Source: Octopus sinensis
Lineage: Eukaryota
Direction of reading: 5' to 3'
Assembly: GCF_006345805.1 (NCBI RefSeq)
Contig: NC_043004.1
Span: 48,360,001-48,424,000, forward strand
DNA: 64,000 nucleotides
Every line of letters begins with the position of its first letter. Position 1 is the first letter of the stretch. Below, in pieces: positions 11,913 to 25,927 of the stretch. The notes under the pieces were generated by a model. That model saw only the letters and a list, made by a program, of their open reading frames with translations. It was not told the DNA's origin and did no database searches. A program made the position numbers and the translations under genes.

Positions 11913-13387
11913 CTGAAAAATCATAATATGATAGAAATATAGATAGGAAACGCTTGCTCGTAATGAGCGTGAATTTGGCAGTTGAGATGGTGAGAATGCA
12001 TCATGATGTTGGCGAATAATGAGGTGATAACGTTTGCAGGAGTTTAAGTTAGACGTGTATAAATTATCTAGGATTCGGCTGAATTTGCTGCTAGCTGGAG
12101 AGAGATAGGGCAGTGTGGGGCAACCAACATGCACTTGCTTGCAAGGAATAAGGAACCAGGTCACAGCAGAAAAAAGGAGGGAAATTACAAAGATTCTCTC
12201 TGTTTAAAAAACAAAAAAAAAATTATAGTCATACAAGAGAGGTTAAAGGTTAAATAGAAGGGGGTTGATAACCATCAAGATTGTTTAATAGAATTTAGTG
12301 AATGGCAAAGAAGTCAGGTTTTCTCAAGTTTTTCTTTGTTTTTTTTTCTTCTTTTTTTCTTCATGTTCTTGACATTTTTTTCTGAATGAAGTCAGGGTTT
12401 AAAAGAAGGAGCAGGTTATATGTAGTAAATGAGGTGAAGTAAAAGAAAGAGTTGAGGAAGGTTGGGAAGGGAGAGAAAAAGAGAGAGGAAAGAAAGAAAG
12501 AAAGACAGACAGAAAGAAAGGAGAAAGAGTAGCAGAAGAATGAGAAAGTAAAGCTTCAGACAGCCAGCTCATGCAAACGGCACCATTACCAGAAGGATGG
12601 ATCAGTGACATAGCCATTTGATGTGACCATTAGGTTACAGCAGTATTCTTCTCTTTCAGTTAGGCCAAAGTGCATTCACAAGCTGATCTGACTTACGTTT
12701 TCCTGATAGCCAAGGCTGTATCCTCCAATTTCACCAGTACTACCAGGGGGTAAATCTTCTCGAGGTGTGCCTGGACCGTTGGGGGGTGAACTCTTCATAC
12801 CATCCATCTCTCCTGGAGTGAGCAAAGTTGGCAAAAAAAAATATGGAATTTGGAAAGAAGAAAAGAAAGAAATCCACATAAATTTCAAAACTGTTGATAC
12901 ACTAACAGAGAAATCTGTAGTAGAAGTAGTAGTAGTAATAATAATAATGGCAGTGGTGAATAGTTTGGGTTGTTAGTTGGTCAAATGAACAACAACAAAC
13001 AATTACATCCCACAAAAAAATGGGGAAGTGCTTAATAAATCAACATATGTCAACTTTTCATTGCAAAATTTATCAGATTTTCTAAGAATCTAACTTATGT
13101 ATTAATGAGGGAGGAGATGTGTATGTGTGTGTGAAAGAGATTAGGATCTTGCAAGGTGTCCCCTAAAATGATTAAATCTCAGAAGTAGATTTAATGATAG
13201 GCCAACAGACAAGCAACTGTTCAACCAATACTGAATGGGTAGCATGGTAATTAACTACTAATTAAAACCCAGTAGTTAATTAGACAGTTTCTTAAATTGT
13301 GGGAAGTAAGAACCTCAAATACTATGAATAATGAAATGTAAACTGGAGTAATTAGTTGTCTCCCTTCGGTTGCCCTGTAGTCTTAAG

Positions 13388-13432
<45 letters not shown>

Positions 13433-16400
13433 GTACACATATATATACTGGTATCTAGAGTGACTCAGGGGCCTGTTTGCATCATGTGAGAGATATTTGA
13501 GGAAGTATTTTGTAAAAAACAGTAGATTGCAAAACTAAAATATTGGTAGCTTATCATAAATGCAAGAGTCAAACTATGTATATGCCTGAGCACTGAATAT
13601 TAGTTACAAACACAAATAGCTGTCTTTCTTTTGCCTTTCTCTTTCTGTCCCGCCTTTCACCAACCAAACTTTAAATAAATATAGATATTTAAATATTTTA
13701 TGATATATTTTAAAGATTTCAAAATTTTTAAGATACCAGATAAAAATTATTAAACAACCTTATTAAGGTTTTTTTATTCATTGACAATTCAATGCAAACA
13801 AAACAAGGAACAAGAATGTTAGTTAACATTTTACAGCCAACAACATAAAATACAAAGGATTTCCATTTATATCTTTAAAAATTCTTAAAGAAAAAGTAAA
13901 AAAAAACAAACCTTCACACAACCACAACCACACATACATCACATGATATGCATATGAAATATAAAAGTATAAGAAAACAAATAATGAACTGATTTAGTGT
14001 TAGTGCCTTTGTCTACCCAACCATATATATACCCAACAAATATTTAAAGACAAAACAAATATTTCAGTTTACTGCTGATTCAAAGCTGTTGAGTTTTTCT
14101 CCTGTTAATTGCCACATGAAATCCTGAAGATGAAATCTCAATATGCTGAAAAGACCCTCACAGAAAAGGTACAGTGAAACTTTAGATGTCCTAAAGAAGT
14201 TAAGATCATAATGCATATTGTTTAATGACAACCTAGGACAATATGTGTGTCCAGCCTAAAGCAACCAACTGAACAGGCTACAAAGAGAAGGAAGAAATAA
14301 AGAATTAAATAAAATCACACAAAACAACCAAAAGAATCAGCTGATGATTAGTAAAGCAGCAAATATTAATTAGCAATCAATTAGCTGTCATTAGTGAGTG
14401 AGTTGATAGAGGAGAGTATATTTCAGTACTGATGTGGAGTTAAAAAAAAAAAGAAGAAAAACAAAGCAGTTATGGCACAAATCATTAGTGGCTGCAAAAC
14501 TGGTTCCTAGATTTTTGGTGAAATATTGAGAAACGTATCAAATGATGCAGCATTCCATTAAATGCTGAAGACAATTTCTGGAAACAAAAGAATTGAGGAA
14601 GATTTCCATGCTATGTAAAAGAAGAGAAAACAGTAAAAGTGTGTCTCCTGAAGAATTTGTGTGGAGCTTTCACTTTAGTAGAAGTGGAAGAAATTGAAGT
14701 GAACTTAACAATGAAAAGGAGTGAAATGATTTATTCTTATTGAAAGGCACTGTAAAAGCACAAGCCCAATCAAGGAGAATGAATATTCCCAGAAGAGAAA
14801 AATAATCCAATGAGAGTTTCTTTTTTTTAAATACATAAAAATATAAAGAGCTAGAAATAGAAACACCTTTAACACAGATAAAGAAATTAGGTGGATGGGA
14901 ATGTGGAAGAAAGATGTTGATTTCCAATAGTTTATCCAGTTATCCACCAATAAATTTTATAGCAAAAGATTAACTGCTTTCCTTGCTGACAAGAATTACA
15001 TCATTGCTTTGTCAGCAAAAGAGAAAGGAAAAAATTCAGTTTGCTAAAATATTATCATACAACCTAGAACAACAACTGTTTAAGGAATTTTCAGTTACCT
15101 ATTTGTTTGTTTTTAATGTTATAAGAACGGATATATGCTTCTGTGTCCCTACAACAATTTTCAAGATACATACCTGAACACTAGCCTGTATTAACATCTC
15201 TACCTATTTTTACAAGACGATCAAGACAAATATCAGAAACATAACTACCAGTTGTAGATGAAATATATACATATATATATATATTTATTTTATATGTGAA
15301 TGAACAACCAGACTATTTTCAATTTCATTTAACTCCAAAGGTAAAATATTATACTAGACACAACTCTTCTATTCATTTAGTAAACTTCAAATCATTTGTA
15401 GGTTCTGTAACAAATAGATGAAGGGATTGACAAATAAAACTATCTTTACAACATATTCTGGAAGAATATTAGGGTCTGGGAAGCAATTTACAAACACATT
15501 GTTGCATGTATATCCCACTGAAATGTGGCTCTTTATTCCTTTTTGTGACACCCACCTTATACGTCTTATATAAAGTTTACTTATTGGAATCCCTGTTTTC
15601 TGCTTTCCTACATATTCTTTAAGTGAGAATACAGACAGAGAAGAAAATATTTCATTAAATAACGCTACCAATCCTGACATTATGTAAAATAATTGCATGG
15701 CACATTCACTGTTACAAAATACAGTCCATTAAACAAATACAAAAATAAAAAGATGCATTTCCTTCAAGAATATTGTTGACATTATAAAAAGGGTAAATGT
15801 GGTTGGTGGTCACCATCAGCAACAGCTTACTCGCTGCTACTGTATCATTAAGCCCGGCTAGCTAGGATAGTTCACTTACCGTTCATCACAGCAGGCATGT
15901 CAGCTCCCATTGGCATTCCTCCGTCTGGTCCTCCCATCGGTGGAAACTAGCAAAGGCAACAAACAGGGAAGCAGGTCAGAAGTGACTGCGATACAGAAAA
16001 GCAAAGGATGGGCAGAACAACAGAATGTGCAACTGAGAGGAGGTTGGACCTTATTAAACCAGAGAATGGGCTGAAGAGATTAAAAAAATAAGTGCCAACC
16101 TTTGTCATACCAAAATCCAATTTACAGATATGATAAATACTTAATATTTTTCTTTCAAACGATAAACAGTCTGTAGAAGTATTTTATGCAGAAGAGTGAG
16201 TAAAAAGAAAAAAAGCAAGCACTCAACAACTTTGAAAATGATAGAGACCTTATAACAAAACAATGTGTTAAGTTGCAAATGTTTTTTCTTCAGATAATTA
16301 TTTTACATTTTCAAATTTAATTAAAATCTAAACTGTGACATTAGCTGAAAGATTTGTGGATTGTAGAAATTTGAAATAAATACTGAACACAAAAGACTGG

Positions 16401-18867
16401 GAACAACTCTAAATCTAGAGAATCTAGAGAAATGAGAATTAGTACTGTGTTAAACAACACAGAGTGAAATCCATGAAGAATCTGAAGAACTATAATAGAA
16501 TATAAAAGAAATAAAGATTTGGCCAAAATAACGAAGTAATTTAGTTTCTGAAGACTCACAGAGAAGATGGAGTAGAGGGGTGGGAAGGGGACTAGAAGCC
16601 ATCAGCATGGAAGTTGGTCAAGTCTGATAAAAGATATCTACATGGCCACAGGATATGGCTGAAACTGGTAAAAAGAGTACAGCACACACAAGGGAGGGGG
16701 GAAGCCAAAGTGCAATAAAGCAAGACACAGTAATTAAAGGTAGTTGATGTGTGAGTATGTATATGCGCACACACATATTCACACATGCTCACACACAAAT
16801 TATAGTATATGTGTGTGTATATGTTAAGTAAGTGCACAGCAGCAGGACAATAAACAGTTACTATGGCAGCAAAATAGTGGTAAACACCATCCAAGACAGC
16901 AAGTCAGGTCTTCCTATATCTTCAGTCAACATTGTTGGTATCAACAAGCTATGGGAGTTGATACTACATACGGCTCATCTTAACATTACCTAGAAGAGAG
17001 AGATGTTAGATGAAGACATGGGAAAGGTAAAATTTTACCAAAAGATAACCGTAGCACGCCAACTGACTGATGTCCACTTATCAATGAAGATTAATTTAGA
17101 AAGTCAATGATTGTAAGCTGGGCGATAGCAAGAACAGGTGAAACAGTTGTTGTTGCAACACACTAATTCATGTTTTCGGCCAAAATGAAAAAAAGGACAT
17201 TGAATATTAACATAAAAGTAGAAATATTAATTTTTTTTTAAAACTTGGACAACTAGACTAAGAAGAAGACAAATTAACTCGTTTAAGTTTGTGCTTATAT
17301 ATTTCTAATCGCATGTACTTTGACATCTCTTAACATCTGACAGTGAGGATTAAAATATTTAGAAAAACTTGGAATTAAAAAATATCTAACTACCATTTTA
17401 ATACTTGTCTCAAGACAGACATATTGGTTACTGGATTGTACTTGTCAAGATAAGTTTATAAGTATTTCACTACAAATATTTTATCTTTTGGAAAAAAAAA
17501 ATTAATAAAAACAAGTGTAACTTAAGGCTCAGTTTTTTTTTTCTTACAACAACAAGAACTTAAAATTTATTTTTCAGATCAAAGATTTTTCACATTTATC
17601 TTTAGGTTATTCACATTATTGATTAAATTAAACTAAACCCTATGAAGGGTACAGAAGATAACTTTTGCTTCAAATGAAAATATCTTGTCTAATTAACAAC
17701 AACTCTGACACTATATACAATAAAATCAATGTACATAATAGACTAGTTAATTTTTTTTTTAAACAAAAAAAAAACCTTTTCTGGAGAACAACAAACAAAA
17801 GCCAATAGATATAAGCTGATATCATGCAAGGTGAGAAAGAGGACAATTTAGTGTCTTTACTAATATCATACCAAACATGCTTTCAGTAATCATCTGCAAT
17901 CAATTCCAGAGGATTCCACTGCACTATTTGTACTTCAAAAGGGATCACAGGCAGTGGATTTAACAAGAATTGCTACTGAATGCTAATCTTTACAAAATGT
18001 CGAAAGTAATATAATTAATATGGATAACTTTCACCAAATTACTGGGACCAAATTAAACTGCTTGATTAGATATTTAAATTGTTATTGTTATTTCTGGTAC
18101 ACTTTGATATTTCCAGGGAAACACTCAGTCCACAAACGACAAACAACATACATTTTGTTATTGTTTTGGTAAAACTTCTGTTTCACCATGAAGAATCGAC
18201 ACATTCCAACTGATTTCACAAAAGTAGTAGTAATAGTAGTAGTCACAACAACAACAACAGCAACAATAATAATAATAATAATAAACATTCAATGTAATTT
18301 AACAGTGAGCAGACTAATCGAATAAGTAAATATTGTCTAGAAATTCTAATAGTAAACAAGCAATAACGTTTTAATAGCTGACAACAGATTGGTTAGTGAA
18401 AAAGTCTAAATAAGGAAGAGTAGCAGAATTAGATACAAGACCGTGGAACATTTACTAATGATGATGATGATGATGATGGAGACAATACAAACATTTAAAA
18501 AAAACAAAAGGGGGCTCCCTCCTATCTCTATAGGATTGGTAATTATTTTATCAATCCTGGGAGGGTGAAATGCCAATTTGACATCAATAATATCGCAATG
18601 AATTTTAATGAATATAAGTGTGTGCACACACACAGGTGCATACACAACTGTGTTGTTAACAATTTCACATCCACGTTTTCAATTGCTAACATTGATTTTA
18701 AGAAGGTATTTTACAAATAAATTAAGTATTTTCTCATACCAACCCACCCTCACTAAAGCAGAGGTGACAGTGAAGTCAGTAATGACCCAATGTAACAGCT
18801 GCAGCCAAGTATGAACTCCAGCTGCTCACATCATAACAACTTGGCCACCTCACTTCTCATTGAAAAG

Positions 18868-18898
<31 letters not shown>

Positions 18899-19107
18899 TG
18901 TGTGTGGTGTGTGTGTGTGTGTGTGTGTGTGTACGCATGTGTATATAGATACACACATTTATTTTAAATTAAAAAAAAAAGAGATAATACTGATAACCAA
19001 TGTTTGAAATAATTACGGTGACAATACTGAATAAATAATGGTGAATTATAGTTCATTTATTCTGCATTATAATAAATGAACTTAATTAGAATAATTCGCT
19101 AACTAAC

Positions 19108-19155
<48 letters not shown>

Positions 19156-22100
19156 TTGAGCAGTGTGTAAATGTTGTGCTATTTTCTATCACAATAAGAA
19201 ATATCCTATTTATAGAAATAATATCAATAGCTTTTTTTAATACTGGTACCTACCCCAAAACTTATAAGAACTGAATACAGGTGATTTAATTAGCTCTTGG
19301 TATATATGTGGTAGTTATTTTATCAACTGCAGAATGATCAAACTTGGCTTCAGTGATAGTTAAATTCAGAACATCAAGGGACATAACTACATAATTCAGA
19401 ACATCGAAGGACAAAGACGAGATGATAATTCCTAATGCAGGTGCAAAGATATGAAATTGGAGAAAGGGATTTGTTGATAGAATCAACCCTTAGTGTTTGA
19501 ATTGTACTTTATCTTACAAATCTAGCAAGGATGAAAGGTTAAGTTAACCCTAGTGGGATTTGAAACCAGAAGACAGAAAGGGTCAGAACAAATATCACAA
19601 GTCTTTCTGTCTATTGCTCTAACGAATCTGCCAACCACTGCCATTCATGATGATGATGATGGTGTTAGGCAGAACTGTTAAGAGTATCAGACAAAATGCC
19701 ATGTGGTATTCTGTTTGCCTCTTTAGATTAAGAGTTCATATTCAACTAAGTTTGCCTTTCAACAATCTGAGTTGATAAAATGACTAGTACTCGGGTCACT
19801 GGTTGCAAATGACCCTTCCCCTTCAGAATCGTTGGCTTTGTGCCTAAATCAGAAAACATAATAATAATAATAATAATCCTTTTTACTATAGGCAGAAAGT
19901 CTGAAATTTGGGAGGAAGGGATAAGTCGCTTACATCAACCCTGAAAGGATGAAGGGCAAAGTCAACCTCTGCAGACTTTGAACTCAGAATGTAAGGATGG
20001 ATGAAATGCTGTTAAGCATTTTGCCCAGTGTGCTAATGATTCTGCCAGCTCACCACCTTAATAATATGAATAATAATAATTAATTAATTAATTCATTCAT
20101 TCATTAGTTAATTAACAATCATCACCTACAATCCAAGAAACAAACTTGGTTCGAGATATTGTAATTTCTCCTAAAGAGCTATGAAATTACAGAACAAAAA
20201 TGTGACGCTAAGGCAATGACAAAAACAAACAAACAAAAAAAATCAAATTAATTATGACTATGAATGAGAAGCTACAAATCAATTCATGCTCGATGCAAAT
20301 TTATGAATTATATGTGTGTGTGTGTGTGTGTGTGTGTTTATGTGTGAGTGTGTGTGCATATTATAGAATATATATATATATATACATGCACAGACCCAGT
20401 CTAAGACTGATTTGTAAGCTACATAAACATAGTTTTGGACTCACCCCTGCCATATTTGGCATACTAGCTTTCATCATGCCATACATGCCATCACCAGAAC
20501 TCGTAGAATCTATAAATTGCAGAAAGAAAATTATCATTTCATTATTTGAAAACAAATGATCGTTTTTTTCTTCATTTTCTTTGTTCTTATTATACATCTA
20601 TTCTTCCATTAGTTTTGCTGGGAGGATATTTGATGTGTAGAAGAGGAACCTGTTGTCACTTAATTTAACTAAGATTTGTATATGTCTTATCCAGCAGTAC
20701 AATAGAATAGCTGAGCGCAGTAATAGTTCAGTACTGTTTACTCACAGTTACTGGACCTTCAATGATAACAAAGAGAATCAGAAAAAATAAATAAATCAAT
20801 CAATCAATCAATAGATGTCAAGGAAATACAATTGTCCCTACCTTGTGGACTTGGCATAATCGGCGTTCCTGGAGCCCCTCCTGTAGCAGGTGGACCCTTA
20901 AAATAGTCGGAAAAATACTTTATAGCAGGAATTTAAAATTAAAAAAAAAAACAAGAATAGCAAACTTCAAGTTTTATACCTTTCAACATGTATCACCATT
21001 TGCAAATATTTACAGACTTCACATAACATACTGATCTTCATTTGGTCAAGCCAAGTAGCTTGCTAGAATTAGCAGTTAAACTACCCTCAAATTATATATT
21101 GTCATCTTTAAAAGTAAAGGGGATACATTGGGTTAATGTAGTATTAGATACCTAATAATGTAGTTATTAATACCTAAAAGAAGGATGTACAGTTATGACT
21201 AGAATATCTTTGGTAGTAGGCTTGCTAAATCAGAGCAGGTTACAGCTGAAGAACAACATTAATCTAATTCATTCAGTCTCTACAAATACTGCTTTTAACA
21301 GAAGCATGCATCAAAATATTTTCTGGAAACAGAACTTTAAACTTTTGAATAATTTCATTTTGGACTGATCACCAATGAAGATATTAGGAAGAGCTCAAAG
21401 TGGAAACTTACTACATGGCAAGCAGACAGCAGCAGAAATTTTCAGAACTCCTATCAAGCAAGTGTTCCTGGCACATTAAGGTAACCAGGTCCACCTAGGT
21501 CATGACTCCTAGGTTTTCTCCTACTGTTCCCAAAATGCAACCTTTACGAGGATTGAACCAGGAGCCTTCCCTGAACTGTGGCATATATCACCCAGCCACA
21601 AAGACCACTAAAACAACTTGCATAGTAGATCTATTTCAAACTAGGTTTCCCTCCTATTCTCTGTTTAGCAGCTTGCAATATTCTCTTCCAGCTCCAGCTA
21701 TTGTTTCTCTTCGCTTATAGCTACATTAAGCTCTCCTCAGATGTCTCTGACAGGCATTTTATTATCGCTATTTTCAGAAATGAAATGATTGATACTGAAG
21801 TATTCGATAATACCATATTAATATCAGAAAGTATATAATCCTTTCTGTTAAATTGGGATCACAAAACAATTATATGAAAAAAGACTAGAGAATGACTTTC
21901 AACCAAAACTAGACTGCTGTTTCGTACAAAGGTGAGGTTGTCAAACATCAACTCAAACAACTATCTCATTTATATCATAATCATCTGTCCACAATAGATC
22001 TTATAAATATGCTCACACAGTTGCTCAAGGGAAATGAGGGGTTTCACAATATTTGTTGTGTACAAAATGATTCTGCAGTGAATTTAATAACAGTAGAATA

Positions 22101-25100
22101 GTCACTGAATCCTCAATGTTTCACATACACAACAAACATCTTAAACAATAGGGAGACGAACAAGAGACAAGTCATATAAGAAAAAGAAAAATCACAGTAA
22201 TTTATAGAAGAAGCTGGAGAACAGACTTACATTATAACTGCCAGGTGATGCTGATGAATAATTTATCTAGAAAAATAAAGGATGAAAAAAATATTAAGAA
22301 AATCAAGCTGAGGAAAACACAACTTCTTATTTAAGTAACAAGATTTTGATATACAATACCTCCATATTTTTATAAACTTATCTAGAATTAATTAACATAT
22401 ATGATCAGACCATACAATTATCAAATGCAGTTATCACATAACAAAAGCTAAGTCAACACTCAAATAAAAACAGAGTTATCATATACCCAAACCTTAAAGT
22501 TAATAGTTAACAATATGCACCACAGCTATTACATAGATAATGGTAAAATACAGCACCTAGCTAAATGCTATGTTACACCTGGAAGTCTTGTAAATGTTAC
22601 ACCTAAGACCAGTAAAAATGCATTAACTTGTTGACTGTGTCACAGTGTTTTGTTACAGTAATACATATGACAGTCTTGTAACACTAGTACACCTGGTAAT
22701 TCTATAACAGTGTTACACTTGGTAATTCTGGAAGAATATTTTAAACTTTGCAATAATAGGCCAGTGTTATAATTGTCAGTTCTTTGACTGTGTTCATTTC
22801 ATCAGTGCAACTCAGCTGATATTCTGTTCCTTCTGCCATTTCAACTGTTATAAACAAATTAATTTATTATATGTTGTAATTATTATTAAACAAAAAAGTA
22901 GAGAAAATAACTTACTGATGAAGATGTTGGGGGCCATGGTCTGTTTCCTTGTCCACCAGGCCTGAGAAAAAATAGGAAAAGAGAAGTGAACATTGTTACA
23001 TTATAACCTTACATGGATCCCTTAAGTTATTTAAAAACAATACAAGGGTAATTGTACTGCCTTAAAAGTAATTCAAAATTTAATAAGGTTTTCAAAGCAA
23101 CACATTTGATAATGATTTCTATATTTTCTTATTTTTGGTTCGTTTTACATCTATTTTTCTACATTTGCATGGATTAGTTATGATGAGGCATGGTTCTACA
23201 GCCAGATACTAACCCATATCTGTTTTCCAAAATAAGGGATCTCTTATTCCACAATATTTAACACAATCCAAAGTAACATGATGATGTGTGCATGTTCTAG
23301 CGTGCACACACACACACACACACCTTAGTAAGAAGTGGATGGAGTAGAGACAGAAACCTAGTCTGAATACAGAATGGACTCCGTTAAAAGTACCCAAGAG
23401 CTTGATGATGGTGCTAAGCTGGGTGACAGTTTAGGTCTACCACTGAATCCCTTTTTGGTATATGCTATTGTGGTCTTCAAATTGTTACTGAACTAAAAGG
23501 GATCAGTGGCATAAGTTAAATGAAAAATAGTCTCAAGGAAAAATCAGGCCCTATCTCTATCTAAGGCATTTATATAATATCAACATTGGGAAAAGCTGGT
23601 TAAGCTTCGTAAAGTTTACAAGTAAAAACATGGCTCAAAATTTATTGCCAAACTATAAACAAATACTAAATATTCCTCTCAATCAATTCTATATATATTT
23701 TCACCTGTATTTAAGTTACAAAATTTGCAACACATCTTAAAAATAAATTCTCCAAATTGGATTAGAATAGGCATGAAATCTGACTGAATTGAAGAATATC
23801 ATCCTCTTCCTCCTCATTATCATTTAATGTCCGTTTTCCATGCTGACATTGGTTGGACAGTTTCACTGGAGCTGGTGGAACTTGGGGGGGGGGGGCTGTA
23901 CCTGGCTCCATTGGCTGTTCAGGCATGGCCTTTATGGCTGAATGCCTTTTCTGATGCCAACCACTCCACAGTGTCCTGGGTGCTTTTTTATGTGGCACCA
24001 GCACCAGTGCTTTTAGCCTTGAATTTCAGTATAGCCTGAAGATGATTTACTAGCATGGAAAGTGGACGCTAAACGATGATGATGATGATGATCTTTGTGA
24101 TGTCAAATAATTAAAGGGCAAACAGAAATTTCTTGTTTTTAGTGAAATAAGAAATAATCTGGAGCTGAAAACTATCCTAAAAGAATTAAATGAAATGTTG
24201 AACTGTTATATATACAGTAAGACAGCAAGTTCAAATTCGGCTGAAGGTGCATAATTAGTTAATTCAAAGAAAATGACACCTAATGCCGCTCTAGAGGACA
24301 TTTTTGACACCACCACCACCACCACCACTCCGTTTTCCTTTCTTTGTTTCTGAAACTTAGAGATATTAAAAGCAACTCTGACCTCAGAAACCTAACAATA
24401 GGGAGCTTGGTAACCGAAGCTTGTTGCCTCCAGTGTCCAAATAAACCAAAATACTGATTGAAAAATCCAGACAACTGAATTATTTAAGTATATATGGGGA
24501 TTGTGACGTGTGCCTAATTACAGGTGTTCACTGTGCATCTCCTTTTGCAATAACTACAGGGAAAAATGATCAAAAATAATCTTTACTTACATGCTCATGG
24601 GTGGCATGGCACCAGGAGCTGTTGGACCCATACTGTTTGGAGGTGGACCTCTGATGCCACCGTAATTCTGTATTGTTTCATATACCTAGAAAAATAACAA
24701 TACAATTTCAACAAGTTATTATTGTTATTATTACCAGTTTAGTAAGTAGAAAAATACAAGTCTACACCATAAAGAAGAACAATGATAAAGCCCCTATTTT
24801 CATGCGTAAACTTCCACAAGAGGGTAAAGTAATAAACCAATGTGCCCCCCCCCCCCCCCCCCAATCTTCAGAACAAATTCAAAAGCAATTAAAAAAATAT
24901 CTGCTACTGATAAACTAGAAAATATTTTCAGCAGTGTTATTATAATCATAACTTCTAACCCAAAATCTCCAAGGACATTTCATGAAGAATGTGTGTCTAA
25001 ACTGATAATTATAATTCACATTAAAACGTTAATGTCAGTGTTTAGAAGACACAGAGGAAACACTGATATTCATGTTTTACAATTTTACCACATGCAAACT

Positions 25101-25890
25101 AAATATTTGTGTTTTGTATAGGTTATCCACCCTTGACCTGCAATTCTTTATGTAGATAATCCTTTCTGCTATAGGCACAAGGCTCGAAATTTTGGGAGGA
25201 AGGGTAAATTCGGTTACATCAACCTCAGTACTTGACTGATACTTAATTTATCGACCTCAAAAGGATGAAAGGCAAAGTCAGCCTCAGCGGAATTTGAACT
25301 CAGAACATAAAGGTGGACAAAATGGCGTTGAGCATTTTGCCCGGCATGCTAACAACTGCCAGCTCAACAACTTTTCATGTAAATAATAATATTTTATAAA
25401 CTTAAAAGCTTATAAGCAATCACTGTATATTGACCAAAGAAAATAGTCTAATATTGGGGCATACAAGCACTTGAGAGAAAAAATTGGGTTTTCCATATAT
25501 GTTCATCTCTACATTTTTTCAACAATAAACTTTTAAATAATGCAGATTACTCCTTCCACAAGATTTGTGTACATGGAGGATAAGGTAATGAAACAAGTTG
25601 TTGTTGTTGTTGTTGATGCTATCCCATTACAAAAAGCAGGATTTGTTGTCATATGAGAAGGAAAATCTCATTGCTTTGAACAAGGATTTTCATCACTGAA
25701 GACAGAAATTACAAACAACTTCACATAGGCACAGGAGTGGCTGTGTGGTAAGTAGCTTGCTAACCAACCACATGGTTCTGGGTTCAGTCTCACTGCGTGG
25801 CATCTTGGGCAAGTGTCTTCTGCTATAGCCCCAGGCCGACCAATGCCTTGTGAGTGGATTTGGTAGACGGAAACTGAAAGAAGCCTGTCG

Positions 25891-25927
<37 letters not shown>

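Noticed and set aside
25727-25800. tRNA-like A/B boxes (also heads of families B and D)
   Set aside because: No cloverleaf or anticodon arm; they are SINE heads continuing into repeat bodies
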